Shown here one piece after another: positions 49,347-58,774 of a stretch of 64,000 bases of DNA. The translations under genes and the position numbers were made by a program. Source of the stretch: Candidatus Latescibacterota bacterium (GTDB taxonomy: Bacteria > Latescibacterota > UBA2968). How positions within the stretch are numbered: the stretch's first letter is position 1; each line of letters begins with the position of its first letter. The DNA lies in the NCBI GenBank assembly GCA_965208125.1, contig OZ242320.1, forward strand, positions 4,512,001 to 4,576,000, written 5' to 3'. The notes beneath the pieces are model-generated. The model saw nothing but the letters and a program-made list of their open reading frames with translations. It was not told where the DNA came from and did not search any database.

Positions 49347-50162
49347 TTATCCAATTTCGACGACTAACCCATCTTCACCCACCATGACTTCGCCGCTATA
49401 TTCTTTCCGAATCTGGTCGCCCATGCGATGCACGGCTTGTAGATCACCCGTGATGTCTTCGATTACCAGATGTTTGATCATTACGCGTTTTACATTGGCC
49501 GTAGTTGCAATTTCTGCGATTTCTGGCGGTGTAATATGCCATGATCCCCAGGGTTGGGTCGCTAAAAATTCAGCGGTGCCCGAACATTCTATGGACAATA
49601 AATCGGCATTTTGACAGAATGCTGTGAATTCCGCATCGGGATTTCCGTCGCCCGTGATTACGACGCGGTGATCTCTGGTATCGATGCGGTAGGCGAGTGT
49701 GGGGATGCCGCCATGGTCTGTGAATGTTGCGGATAATTGAAAGTCGTCCGTGGGTAGAAATTCGCCTTTTGCTCCGATCTCGATGACTTCTGGGTCGAGT
49801 ACACTGTCGTCTTTTCCATGTCCAATTCGACTTTGAATATCCTGCTCAAAGGGCGGGCGAATTACATGTGATACAAAGTGTTTTGTCCCGACGGGACCAT
49901 AAATTTGCAAGGGTTTTTTGCGTACCTTTACCCATCCTACAAATACGAGATAGGGGACATCGACGATGTGATCGAAGTGCAGGTGGGTCAAGAATAGTCG
50001 ATCTATATCTTCGCAATTTACGCCTGCACGCGCCAGATTTGTACACGCGGACCGACCGCAGTCGAACATCCAGTTTTCATTGCCGATTTGCAATAATTGC
50101 GATGGGCCGCCGCGATTCGGGTTGTCCCGCACTGCACCGCTGCCGAGCATGATATATCGCAT
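49347..50162 (-). CDS. MBL-fold metallohydrolase (RNase Z/AtsA-like)
   Basis: LGSG, FDCG, THLHFDH, TGD, H.TP motifs. Confidence 0.85.
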   Translation of the reverse strand: MRYIMLGSGAVRDNPNRGGPSQLLQIGNENWMFDCGRSACTNLARAGVNCEDIDRLFLTHLHFDHIVDVPYLVFVGWVKVRKKPLQIYGPVGTKHFVSHVIRPPFEQDIQSRIGHGKDDSVLDPEVIEIGAKGEFLPTDDFQLSATFTDHGGIPTLAYRIDTRDHRVVITGDGNPDAEFTAFCQNADLLSIECSGTAEFLATQPWGSWHITPPEIAEIATTANVKRVMIKHLVIEDITGDLQAVHRMGDQIRKEYSGEVMVGEDGLVVEIG

Positions 50163-50173
50163 GATTAAATCCT

Positions 50174-51136
50174 TCAGGACGGGTCGTTGACGGGGAATTC
50201 GGGTTTTTGTCCGTTGAGAACGCGCACGATATCCGCTGCGACCATTGCCATTTTTTGTATTGATTCAGCCGAGTGGCCGGAATAATGGGGTGATAAGAGC
50301 ACATTGTCGAGTTCGCACAGGGGATTGTCCGGGGTTGCGGGTTCACTTTCAAAGACGTCGATGATCGCCCCGCCAATTTGTTTGTTTTGGAGTGCGGTTA
50401 CGAGTGCCTGTTCGTCGATAACCGGCCCGCGGCTGCAATTGGCGATAATGGCGTGGGGTTGCATGCGGGCGAGTATATCGGCGTTGATGAGGTGATGCGT
50501 GCTGTCGAGGAGGGGGACGTTGAGGCTGATATAGTCCGAGGTAGAGAGGAGGTCGTCCAATTCCACGCGGCGCACATTCAGGCGGTTTTCTTCTTCTGTG
50601 GATGCGGGAAATTCATCGGTGTAGATGACGTTCATTCTAAAGCCGAGGGAACAAATTTCCGCAAGGCGACGGCCAATGCGACCAAAGCCGATAATGCCCA
50701 GGGTTTTGCCGATTAATTCGGGGGCGTGTACGCGGTCTCGGAGTGCCCAGTCGCCAGAACGGGTCGCGGTGTCGGCCTGACCAATTTGGCGCGGCAGGGC
50801 AATGAAGGACATGGCGAGATATTCGGCGACGGCTTCGACGGGTGCGCCGGGTGTGTTGACGACGTAGATACCGCGCTGGGTGGCAGCGTCAACGTCGATG
50901 TTATCGACGCCAATGCCGTGGCGACCTATGACTTTGAGGCGCGGTGCCCGATCCATTACGGGTCCGTCGATGATGCCGCGTGCGCGTGCGAGAATGCCGT
51001 CTGCGTCTTTGACCGAGGCGATGATTTGATCGGGTTCAAATCCTTTTGCCCAGAGGATTTCGCAGTCGTTTTTGAGAAGGTGATCCTGTCCACAGGGATG
51101 TACGGGTTCAAAGAGCAGGATGTTGAATTTTGCCAC
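50174..51136 (-). CDS. D-2-hydroxyacid dehydrogenase (SerA-like catalytic core)
   Basis: R.G.GVDNID, GIIGFGRIG, N.SRG, DVF..EP, SPH. Confidence 0.92.
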   Translation of the reverse strand: MAKFNILLFEPVHPCGQDHLLKNDCEILWAKGFEPDQIIASVKDADGILARARGIIDGPVMDRAPRLKVIGRHGIGVDNIDVDAATQRGIYVVNTPGAPVEAVAEYLAMSFIALPRQIGQADTATRSGDWALRDRVHAPELIGKTLGIIGFGRIGRRLAEICSLGFRMNVIYTDEFPASTEEENRLNVRRVELDDLLSTSDYISLNVPLLDSTHHLINADILARMQPHAIIANCSRGPVIDEQALVTALQNKQIGGAIIDVFESEPATPDNPLCELDNVLLSPHYSGHSAESIQKMAMVAADIVRVLNGQKPEFPVNDPS

Positions 51137-51172
51137 AGTGCGTCCTTTCTATTGTTGTTTTGCGAAAAATAT

Positions 51173-51201
51173 AGTGTATAGCGTGAGTGTGATTTTGTCA
51201 A
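51173..51201 (-). promoter_or_regulatory. sigma70 promoter of the dehydrogenase-MBL-GDPD operon
   Basis: TTGACA-17bp-TACACT on minus strand. Confidence 0.7.
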
Positions 51202-51232
51202 GATGCGAGGATTTTATTTTTTGTATTTCGTC

Positions 51233-51261
51233 TTGCTTCGTTTTGGGGTTTTGTATATATT
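51233..51261 (+). promoter_or_regulatory. sigma70-like promoter of tRNA-Glu
   Basis: TTGCTT-17bp-TATATT. Confidence 0.6.
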
Positions 51262-51277
51262 TTCCTGTCTATGAGGC

Positions 51278-51352
51278 GACCCCGTCGTTCAGTGGTTAGG
51301 ACTCCGGGTTTTCATCCCGGCAACGGGGGTTCGATTCCCCTCGGGGTCGCCA
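51278..51352 (+). tRNA. tRNA-Glu(TTC)
   Basis: GACCCCG acceptor, CCGGG-TT-TTC-AT-CCCGG anticodon arm, GTTCGATTC, CCA end. Confidence 0.97.
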
Positions 51353-51374
51353 TTAAAATTGCGTGTATTATTCA

Positions 51375-51406
51375 AAGGGTCGTGACTTCACGACCCTTAT
51401 TTTATT
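51375..51406 (+). terminator. Intrinsic terminator after tRNA-Glu
   Basis: aagggtcgtg-actt-cacgaccctt followed by attttatt. Confidence 0.75.
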
Positions 51407-51487
51407 GGTGGATGAATGGGATATAAAGACTATATTGGGGAATGGTCTGTTTGTTGATCAATATCCCGAATAGAGAAAGGAGTTCTT

Positions 51488-52627
51488 TTGACAATTGTAC
51501 CTCTTCTTTCACCCGATGCTTTTGAAGGTATTGAAGGCATGACCCACCTGTGTACGGGGGGCGAATCCCCGTGGCTCAAAAGTCAAGCCGGGGTATATGC
51601 CGATTTTGTCAGATTTAAGGGTGGATCGCACAAGGGCCGCGATAAAATTTACGACCGTGGGGAACGCTGTCGCAAGCGCATGGGGCAGCTTTGGAATGTG
51701 CCAGCCAATCGCATTGCGTTTATGCCTTCTGCCGCCGAGGGCATGGGCTGGTTTTCGCGGGGGTTGGACTGGCAGCCCGGCGATAATGTCGTGACCAATA
51801 ATCTCGAGTTTCCCTCTGTGGCGTATGCGTGGAAGCATCTGCGGTCTAGGGGCGTTGAGGTCCGTTTGGTGCCGCATGAAAAATGGACGGTGCGCGAAGA
51901 GGATCTTCTCAACGTTGTTGATTCCCGCACGCGCGTTCTCGCTGTCAGCCATGTGGGGTTTTACACGGGACAGTGTTTGAATTTGGCGCAACTCTCTGAG
52001 GGTGCAGGGAAAAAAGACGCGTTATTCGCCGTTGATGCCACGCATTCTTCGGGTGTTTTGCGCGTGCCAGCGCATTTGACCGATCTGACGGTGAGCAGCA
52101 GTTACAAATGGCTTTTGGCAACGCATGGCACAGCGCCTTGTTATTTGAGCGAACGCGCAGAAGAGCAGGTGGCTTCGACGTGTTTTGGCTGGCACAATCT
52201 CAAAGTGTGGCCCGAACAAACCGCCGAGCGCGATCCCGAGGTCGCCGAACAGCCCATGCCGGAAAAACTCGAACCCGGGAATCCAGCTATGCAGGTGGTT
52301 ATGCACCTGGATCACGCGCTGGGTGTGATTTTAGATATTGGTCCTGAGAAGATTGAGAATCACGCACGAGATTTGTCCGAATTGGTGTCTCAAGGGCTTG
52401 CGAAGTTGGGCTATGAGGTCATTTCGCCAAATAATCGGGAAGCGCGGTCTGGCAATACCTGCTTTGCGTGTGAGGATGGTCGCGAGATGGTCAATCGCCT
52501 CGAAGAGCGCAATGTTTTTTGTTGGGGCGAGTTTGGACGGGTGCGCGTTTCCACGCATTTGTACAATGGTAGCGATGATGTGGCGCGATTGCTCGATGCG
52601 CTGAATGAAGTGGGGAGTGAAACCTAA
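51488..52627 (+). CDS. Class V PLP-dependent aminotransferase (cysteine desulfurase/kynureninase-like)
   Basis: EFPS, VDATH..G, SSYKWL PLP lysine, RVS.HLYN; TTG start after AAAGGAG. Confidence 0.88.
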   Translation: MTIVPLLSPDAFEGIEGMTHLCTGGESPWLKSQAGVYADFVRFKGGSHKGRDKIYDRGERCRKRMGQLWNVPANRIAFMPSAAEGMGWFSRGLDWQPGDNVVTNNLEFPSVAYAWKHLRSRGVEVRLVPHEKWTVREEDLLNVVDSRTRVLAVSHVGFYTGQCLNLAQLSEGAGKKDALFAVDATHSSGVLRVPAHLTDLTVSSSYKWLLATHGTAPCYLSERAEEQVASTCFGWHNLKVWPEQTAERDPEVAEQPMPEKLEPGNPAMQVVMHLDHALGVILDIGPEKIENHARDLSELVSQGLAKLGYEVISPNNREARSGNTCFACEDGREMVNRLEERNVFCWGEFGRVRVSTHLYNGSDDVARLLDALNEVGSET

Positions 52628-52645
52628 ACCGAAAGGATATTAACC

Positions 52646-53476
52646 ATGATGAAATTGGGTTGTATGTCTCTGAGTTACAAAGATCAGTTCACTGCTGGCG
52701 AAATCGATATGGCGGGGTTTATCGACAAAGCTTATGATCTGCGTCTGGATGGGATTGATATTCACACGCGTGCGTTTGAATCTGAAGATCCGGCTTATTT
52801 GCGGGATATTCGCATGCGCTGTCTCAGGCGCGGTCTGGTGATTTCTTATCTCGGCGTGAGCAATGATTTTGGGAGACCCCAGGAAGAATTGTCAGAGGTG
52901 GTAGATAGTGTCAAGCACTGGGTCGATGTTGCAGAATTTATGGGTGTGCCACTCGTGCGGATTTTTGCGGCGTGGAATCGCAATGATGAGCCTGAAGAAC
53001 AGGTGTGGGATCGCATGATGCCCTGTATGCAGGAGGTCGCAGAGTATGGACAACAAAAAGGCATTGTCCTGGGCTTACACAACCACAATCACGGGTGTGT
53101 TACGCGCACGGGTAAAGATGTGCGCCGGATTCTCGAGACGGTCGATAATCCCCATTTGTCCCATATTCTCGATACGGGGCAATACGTCGGATCGCCGGGG
53201 TCGAGTGGTCAGCGCGGGACTGAAGATCCGGCATTGGATTTCTATGGGAGTATTGCGGAGACAGCTCCTCTCGCCGTGCATGTTCGCGCAAAGGTCTATC
53301 GCATCAGTACGGGAGAAGAGGCCTGGCTGAATTATCCGCGCATTTTTGAGATTTTGAATGGTGTGAATTACAATGGCTGGGTGTCGATCGTGTATGAGGG
53401 ACAAGATGAAGAGGCAGAAGAGACAGCGGTTCCCAAAGCCGTGAATTATCTAAGGCAGTTTGTGCCGGGTGGGTGA
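52646..53476 (+). CDS. Sugar phosphate isomerase/epimerase family TIM-barrel protein
   Basis: VRIFA, LHNH, LDTG, Y.GW.S..YEG. Confidence 0.85.
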   Translation: MMKLGCMSLSYKDQFTAGEIDMAGFIDKAYDLRLDGIDIHTRAFESEDPAYLRDIRMRCLRRGLVISYLGVSNDFGRPQEELSEVVDSVKHWVDVAEFMGVPLVRIFAAWNRNDEPEEQVWDRMMPCMQEVAEYGQQKGIVLGLHNHNHGCVTRTGKDVRRILETVDNPHLSHILDTGQYVGSPGSSGQRGTEDPALDFYGSIAETAPLAVHVRAKVYRISTGEEAWLNYPRIFEILNGVNYNGWVSIVYEGQDEEAEETAVPKAVNYLRQFVPGG

Positions 53477-53490
53477 GGGGTAAATAGAGG

Positions 53491-54312
53491 CTATCCATAA
53501 GCCATTTCGGGGTGTTTTCCGAGAACGCGCAGGAGGCGTTCGTCAGCACCTTCGAGGACGTAATCTGGCATGTGATAGTTGAGATAGGGCCAGAATCGCT
53601 GGGCGACAAAACGCTGACCATAGACCTGGTGAAAGAGGTAGCGGACGCGGTCGGATGTATTGGGGGCACCGCGGTGCCAGGTCTGGCTGCTGAGGAGGTA
53701 GAGGTCACCCGCTTTCATGAGCAGGGATTTGGGACCTTGACCGTCGAAGGTTGGATTTTCTGGATCGTTGGGTTGTCTGCCCGCGTAGTGGCTGCCGGGT
53801 ACGAATTGGCTGGGCCCATACTGGTCTTCGTCCTGGTCTGTCAGGGCGATCTGAAACGACATGCGGAAAACGGGCATCTGAAGACGCCTGTCATGACCGC
53901 TGATATTGTCGTCCGTAATCGGGAATTCCAGGCTGTCATCTACGTGAAAGCGGTTAATGCCCAGATCTGTGCGGTTCAAGATGCATCCCTGTGCCATGCA
54001 ATGGCACTGTGGGCCGAGGACTGTTTCGGCGATAGATATGATAGGCTCGCGCACGAGCAGGTCGCGGAACATCCGGTCGCATTCAAATAGCCGATGCACA
54101 ACGATGGGTTCTTTGCCGTTGTGCTGTGGCTTTATTTTTACGTTTCGCATTTCGGCGAAATAGGGTTCAGCAAAGATCTGATCGACGCGTCTGCATATTT
54201 GCTCGCATTCTTCCCGGGAGAGGACATTTCGGATGATGGTCGCGCCGTTTGTGTAAAAATCTTCGAGAATCGGCGATAGTTCTTCTTCTGTAAAGGGTTC
54301 GTGTAGTGACAT
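53491..54312 (-). CDS. PhyH-family dioxygenase (canonical HxD)
   Basis: FHVDD, LTD, VPGSH, WHRG; C-terminus resembles 511-1344. Confidence 0.9.
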   Translation of the reverse strand: MSLHEPFTEEELSPILEDFYTNGATIIRNVLSREECEQICRRVDQIFAEPYFAEMRNVKIKPQHNGKEPIVVHRLFECDRMFRDLLVREPIISIAETVLGPQCHCMAQGCILNRTDLGINRFHVDDSLEFPITDDNISGHDRRLQMPVFRMSFQIALTDQDEDQYGPSQFVPGSHYAGRQPNDPENPTFDGQGPKSLLMKAGDLYLLSSQTWHRGAPNTSDRVRYLFHQVYGQRFVAQRFWPYLNYHMPDYVLEGADERLLRVLGKHPEMAYG

Positions 54313-54327
54313 GGGATATTCCTCTGT

Positions 54328-55761
54328 TCAGATCGCACCTTTGGGTACGCCTTTGCCGACGTGGGGGAGCAGGCCCTGGATTGGCTGCCCGGGCGCCAGT
54401 TTTCCATTCTGGACAAATCCCTCTGGTCGCCCTGTGAGTTCCTCGATCAGTTGATTGCGCCACCAGGCCAATCGGTCGGGACGATCGCTGGATAGGTCGT
54501 TGATTTCGCGGGGGTCTTCGGTTAGATCAAAGAGCAATTCTCTTCCCGTCTGGGTAAACCAGGCGTACTTCTCCTTGCCGTCCGTAAGCCACTGATTGGC
54601 GGATGTCGCGTGTTCTCCGTGAATAAACGGACGCCAATTATTCCCACCACAATTCAGCACACTTTCGCCGTCGAGATCGTCCGGGGTGTCGATTCCCGCG
54701 ATGTCACAGAAGGTGGGGAAGATGTCCCGCAGTTCTACCGGCGAATCTACGAGGGATCCGCGTTCCGCAGCGCCAGATGTTTTGGGCATTCGCAAGATGA
54801 AGGGCACGCGAGCGGATCCGTCATAGGGCACGCCTTTTCCCACATGGTTGTGATCGTAGAGCATTTCACCGTGATCCGCGGTGAAGAGTATGGCCGTGTT
54901 GTCCTGGACACCGTATTCGTTGAGCGCCATGATCATGCGGTTGATCTGGAAATCGATGTGTGAAATCTGTGCGTAATACGCTCTTCTGGCATAGGCCACC
55001 AGTGTCGGGTCCCGGGGGATCGGACTGTCGTGGCCTCCCCTGCGGAGTTCGTGGTCAACCCAGTTTCCCATGGCGAGTGGGGGAATGTCCTTTTGCAAAT
55101 AGCGATTCAAGAAAGACGCGGGAGGGTCCAGCGGCGGATGGGGCCGATGGTAGGATAGCGTGAGGAAGAAGGGTTTGGATGTATCGCGTCTGCGCAAGAA
55201 GTCAATGCCCTGCGAGGTGACCCAGCTCGTGGGGTGAAGCATTTCGTGGTAGGGCCAGGCCTGCGCCGCGTATCCATTGCATCCCACGCCAGAGTCGTTG
55301 TGGTCGGCATAGACCGCGCCGAGTTTTTCCCGAAGCCAGGGGGTGTAATCGTCGTTTAACCCAAATTCGCGGTTTTCTCGCCGGGCGCGATGCATATAGC
55401 CATCGTGCAGTACGACGTTGTGGAATCCCACGAGATTGCGCCAGGGATAGACGTGCATTTTGCCGACGCACTGGGTGTGATAACCCGCATCTGACAGGGT
55501 CCCAGGAAGTGTTACTGGATAGTCCCACTGTACGCCGCCGTTGGTGAGATATCCATGGCGCTTGGGAGCGAGACCCGTGAGGATTGTGGCGCGGGCAGCA
55601 ACGCATACCGGGCACGAGGCATACGCCTGGGTAAATGTGATACCCTCGCCTGCCAGATAATCCAGGTGAGGGGTTTCAACTGCGGGATGACCGGTATAGC
55701 CCAGGCAATCCCCTCGCCATTGATCGGTCAGGATAAAGAGTATATTGGGAGCAGTCGGCAT
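54328..55761 (-). CDS. Sulfatase (choline-sulfatase/YdeN-like)
   Basis: PNILFILTDQWR, CVAAR variant motif, GKMH, PHPP, ADHG. Confidence 0.9.
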   Translation of the reverse strand: MPTAPNILFILTDQWRGDCLGYTGHPAVETPHLDYLAGEGITFTQAYASCPVCVAARATILTGLAPKRHGYLTNGGVQWDYPVTLPGTLSDAGYHTQCVGKMHVYPWRNLVGFHNVVLHDGYMHRARRENREFGLNDDYTPWLREKLGAVYADHNDSGVGCNGYAAQAWPYHEMLHPTSWVTSQGIDFLRRRDTSKPFFLTLSYHRPHPPLDPPASFLNRYLQKDIPPLAMGNWVDHELRRGGHDSPIPRDPTLVAYARRAYYAQISHIDFQINRMIMALNEYGVQDNTAILFTADHGEMLYDHNHVGKGVPYDGSARVPFILRMPKTSGAAERGSLVDSPVELRDIFPTFCDIAGIDTPDDLDGESVLNCGGNNWRPFIHGEHATSANQWLTDGKEKYAWFTQTGRELLFDLTEDPREINDLSSDRPDRLAWWRNQLIEELTGRPEGFVQNGKLAPGQPIQGLLPHVGKGVPKGAI

Positions 55762-55777
55762 TGGGTGTATCTCCTGT

Positions 55778-56569
55778 TTATTCCCTTCGCTTGTTGGCTA
55801 AAACCCAGACATCGCGGAAGAAAGACTGGCGGCTTTCTTCCAGGCCATTGATTACGACCGGGTTCATGCAGGGCTTGGGTTCGTGGAATCGCACGGTTAC
55901 GTGATTGTACGCGATGAGGATGGCGCGTCGCGGATTGTCCGAATTGGTCCATGTAGATCCCGTGTGCCGCACGCCTTCTGAAAATACGACGAGACTTCCC
56001 GGCGGGCAGCCATAGGTTTCCCAAACGCCTGAGTTTGGATCATCGGCTTCTTCGGGCCAGGTTCCGTCCTGGGCAGAAGCCAGATTGGCTTTGTGAGAGC
56101 CGGGAACGAGACAGGTGCCACCCTGGCCTTTTTTGACCTCGTTTAACTCCCAGACAATGCGCGTCATTGCGCTGTAGATGCGACCGTTGTGGAAGCGAAA
56201 GGAAAACGAAGGGTGGAGATTGGTTCCCCCCACGTGTGGCCGCCACTCATTGCCAGTATTTTTAGCGGACCGGCCGGATATGAATACGCTCTCCAATCGG
56301 ATGCGTTCCCGATCCGGGTCAATGACTTCCTGGAGAATGCCCATGACCCGCGGGTGATCGATCAAAAATTCAGTGGGACCAGAAATTGGTGAGCGATGGT
56401 GCTCGGGAAGGCTTTCTGGCGTTTTCATATACGTGTCGATATGGTCGCGTGCGATTGCGATTTCTTCGTCGGTGAGCACACTGGGGATGACGAGGAAGCC
56501 TTTTAAGTCGAAGAGGAATTTTTCGTAATCCGACATGGGCAGATGCTCACGCGTTGTTTTCTCAGACAT
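55778..56569 (-). CDS. PhyH-fold Fe/2OG enzyme with HxG motif
   Basis: FLFDLKGFL, PHVGG, VPGSHK, FSEGVRHTG, RRA; start reassigned to MSEKT. Confidence 0.85.
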   Translation of the reverse strand: MSEKTTREHLPMSDYEKFLFDLKGFLVIPSVLTDEEIAIARDHIDTYMKTPESLPEHHRSPISGPTEFLIDHPRVMGILQEVIDPDRERIRLESVFISGRSAKNTGNEWRPHVGGTNLHPSFSFRFHNGRIYSAMTRIVWELNEVKKGQGGTCLVPGSHKANLASAQDGTWPEEADDPNSGVWETYGCPPGSLVVFSEGVRHTGSTWTNSDNPRRAILIAYNHVTVRFHEPKPCMNPVVINGLEESRQSFFRDVWVLANKRRE

Positions 56570-56582
56570 TGGCTTTGCTCCT

Positions 56583-57401
56583 CTATTTTTCGGGCCACGG
56601 ACGGAACAGATTGCGTTGTTCTTTTGTATATCGCGCCAGTGTATGCGATGTGATATGCTGGGGTTCATCCATGGTGGCGATATTTTGCGACATCATCCAG
56701 TAGGGACCATAGCCTACGTGGATGGTTTTGCGGACTTGATCTGAGCGATTGGTCAAGCCACCGTGCCGCAGGTGTTCTGTAAAAAAGATCGCGTCGCCCG
56801 CTTTGGCTTCCAATCCGATCATTCCCGGTTCTACATCTGGGTCGTTGTCATAAGGGCATGGCATGGTGCTTTTGTGCGTGCCGGGGACGACGCAAAACGC
56901 GCCTTGTTCATTGGTGACATCGTGTATAAAGTAAATCATGCGCACCATCATGCAATCGATGCGATCACTGCTGGTATAGCGGTATTTTTGATTTTCCGGT
57001 CTCGTGCCGCCGTGGCTGCGCGATGTATTGTTTTTGTACCGAATGCGGATCTCTGAATTGTTGATGGTATAGCGGCCACGTATGACGGATTGCACGTATG
57101 GCAATGTTTTTTTGTGGTTTACAAGGATATCAAATGTTGAATCTGCATTCCAAAAGTCTTCTATGATCAGGGTTTTTCCCTCGGCACATGATCCCTGAAC
57201 GTGGTAGCCTTTTTCTTTGTTGATATGGTAATCAGCCCCCCAGGCACTGAGTTTTCGAGGTGGCAGATCGACATTGGATTGGGCGTGTTCTTCCAATTTG
57301 TCAACGGCTTTGCGCAGGGATTTCACTTCTGCATCCGTGAGCATGTTTTTGATTGTGATATATCCCTGACGGTCAAATTCGTATTGTTCGACTTCGTTCA
57401 T
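56583..57401 (-). CDS. PhyH-fold Fe/2OG enzyme with HxG motif
   Basis: YEFDRQGY, SHGG, VPGTHK, FTEHLRHGG, RKT. Confidence 0.85.
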   Translation of the reverse strand: MNEVEQYEFDRQGYITIKNMLTDAEVKSLRKAVDKLEEHAQSNVDLPPRKLSAWGADYHINKEKGYHVQGSCAEGKTLIIEDFWNADSTFDILVNHKKTLPYVQSVIRGRYTINNSEIRIRYKNNTSRSHGGTRPENQKYRYTSSDRIDCMMVRMIYFIHDVTNEQGAFCVVPGTHKSTMPCPYDNDPDVEPGMIGLEAKAGDAIFFTEHLRHGGLTNRSDQVRKTIHVGYGPYWMMSQNIATMDEPQHITSHTLARYTKEQRNLFRPWPEK

Positions 57402-57415
57402 TGTGATTCTTCCCG

Positions 57416-58744
57416 TTAATTCTTCCTGAAGAGGAGCATTGCGATTCGTCTTTCTCCCACCACGACTTTTACAATTGCCTTGATATAGATGGGTTTTTTT
57501 AGCAATGCGAGTTCCCGGACTTTTGCCTTGAGCACCGGATGTGGATCGTCGATTCTGATCACGCCTTTAAAAGAACGCTTTGAATTTTCGGCATCGACCA
57601 TCTGTCCGTTCTGGACCGTCTCGTTATTCTCTGGCTCATCGGCATCCATCTCGATAATTATACTCAGATCTGTGATTTCATTTACGGATAGGGGTTGACC
57701 ACCCGTATCGAATTGCCGTTCCACAATGCGGTCTTGAAGCGTATTCTGGATTTCCTGTTGAATCTCGTTGGGAAAAGTGTGAATCCTGAATTCCGCGGTG
57801 TGGGTACCTTCGATGACTGTGCCGGTTAGCGATATCCGGCTTAATGGCTCGGCTTCGATCTTTTCTCCGGGATCGAGTGGCCCGGCATTTTGCACGTTTA
57901 ATGTGCTGTGGAGATCTATTTTTTTTACCTTGCCGAGTGCGAATACCGTGTCGTCTTCTATGGCGGCGAGTTTGCCTGAAAAGTAGTCTTCCAATTGCTT
58001 GCTGATCTGACCATCCGAGATGTCGTTGAATTGTGCAAATCCCGTGCTCCACCAATCCGGCGAATCGACGTCTGTTCTCAGTATTTCGCCGTCTCCATAA
58101 GTTGTAATCAATTCAATCTGAGCCGGTTGACCGACGCGTGCGAGCCTTTGCCCGGCGCCCTTTAGACCTGCGGAAATTCGCAGATCGTCAAAATCCAGGA
58201 TACGCGCAATTTCGTCTCCTTTCGGCACGACCGTTCCGACGATTTCTTCCTCAAACAGGATGACGCCGGAGTGCGTAGCGGTCAATGTCTCCCTTCCGGA
58301 AAGTCCTTGTTCCCATACGTAAGCCGTACTGCTAAGCACACCCTGAAGCTCCCGTTCCGATAGAGTTAGAGAGGATGATATTGCAAGGCTGTCGAGTTCA
58401 CCACTCAGTTCTTCTGCTACTTGTTTTGCGCGATAGCGGTTGACCTGAGATTGATCTCTGGAAATTTCAAATAGGGGCTGACCAATTGTTACGTCGGTTT
58501 TATTTTCGACGAGTGCTTCTATGACTATGACATCTTCATCAGAAGATAGGACATATTCGTGCGGCTTGATCGGTTCTGCATTAGATAATACGAGGTCTTC
58601 TGTCTTCGTAAACCACAGAAAGGCGATGGCTGTGGCGACCGCAAAAACAAAGCCATATCCGAATATTTCCAGATATTTGACGTACCTGGCGATAAACCTG
58701 CGGGTTCTCAAGCTCTGTGTTTTCGGTTTCTCTGTCGTTTGCAT
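57416..58744 (-). CDS. HlyD-like membrane fusion protein (atypical)
   Basis: Single N-terminal TM, lipoyl half-motifs V....V..GQPLF and A..SG...G..V.KG..IA, VGQPA.I, C-terminal VVVGERRIA.LLF. Confidence 0.65.
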   Translation of the reverse strand: MQTTEKPKTQSLRTRRFIARYVKYLEIFGYGFVFAVATAIAFLWFTKTEDLVLSNAEPIKPHEYVLSSDEDVIVIEALVENKTDVTIGQPLFEISRDQSQVNRYRAKQVAEELSGELDSLAISSSLTLSERELQGVLSSTAYVWEQGLSGRETLTATHSGVILFEEEIVGTVVPKGDEIARILDFDDLRISAGLKGAGQRLARVGQPAQIELITTYGDGEILRTDVDSPDWWSTGFAQFNDISDGQISKQLEDYFSGKLAAIEDDTVFALGKVKKIDLHSTLNVQNAGPLDPGEKIEAEPLSRISLTGTVIEGTHTAEFRIHTFPNEIQQEIQNTLQDRIVERQFDTGGQPLSVNEITDLSIIIEMDADEPENNETVQNGQMVDAENSKRSFKGVIRIDDPHPVLKAKVRELALLKKPIYIKAIVKVVVGERRIAMLLFRKN

Positions 58745-58774
58745 TTTTTTACCCGTGATTATGAGGAGATTGTG

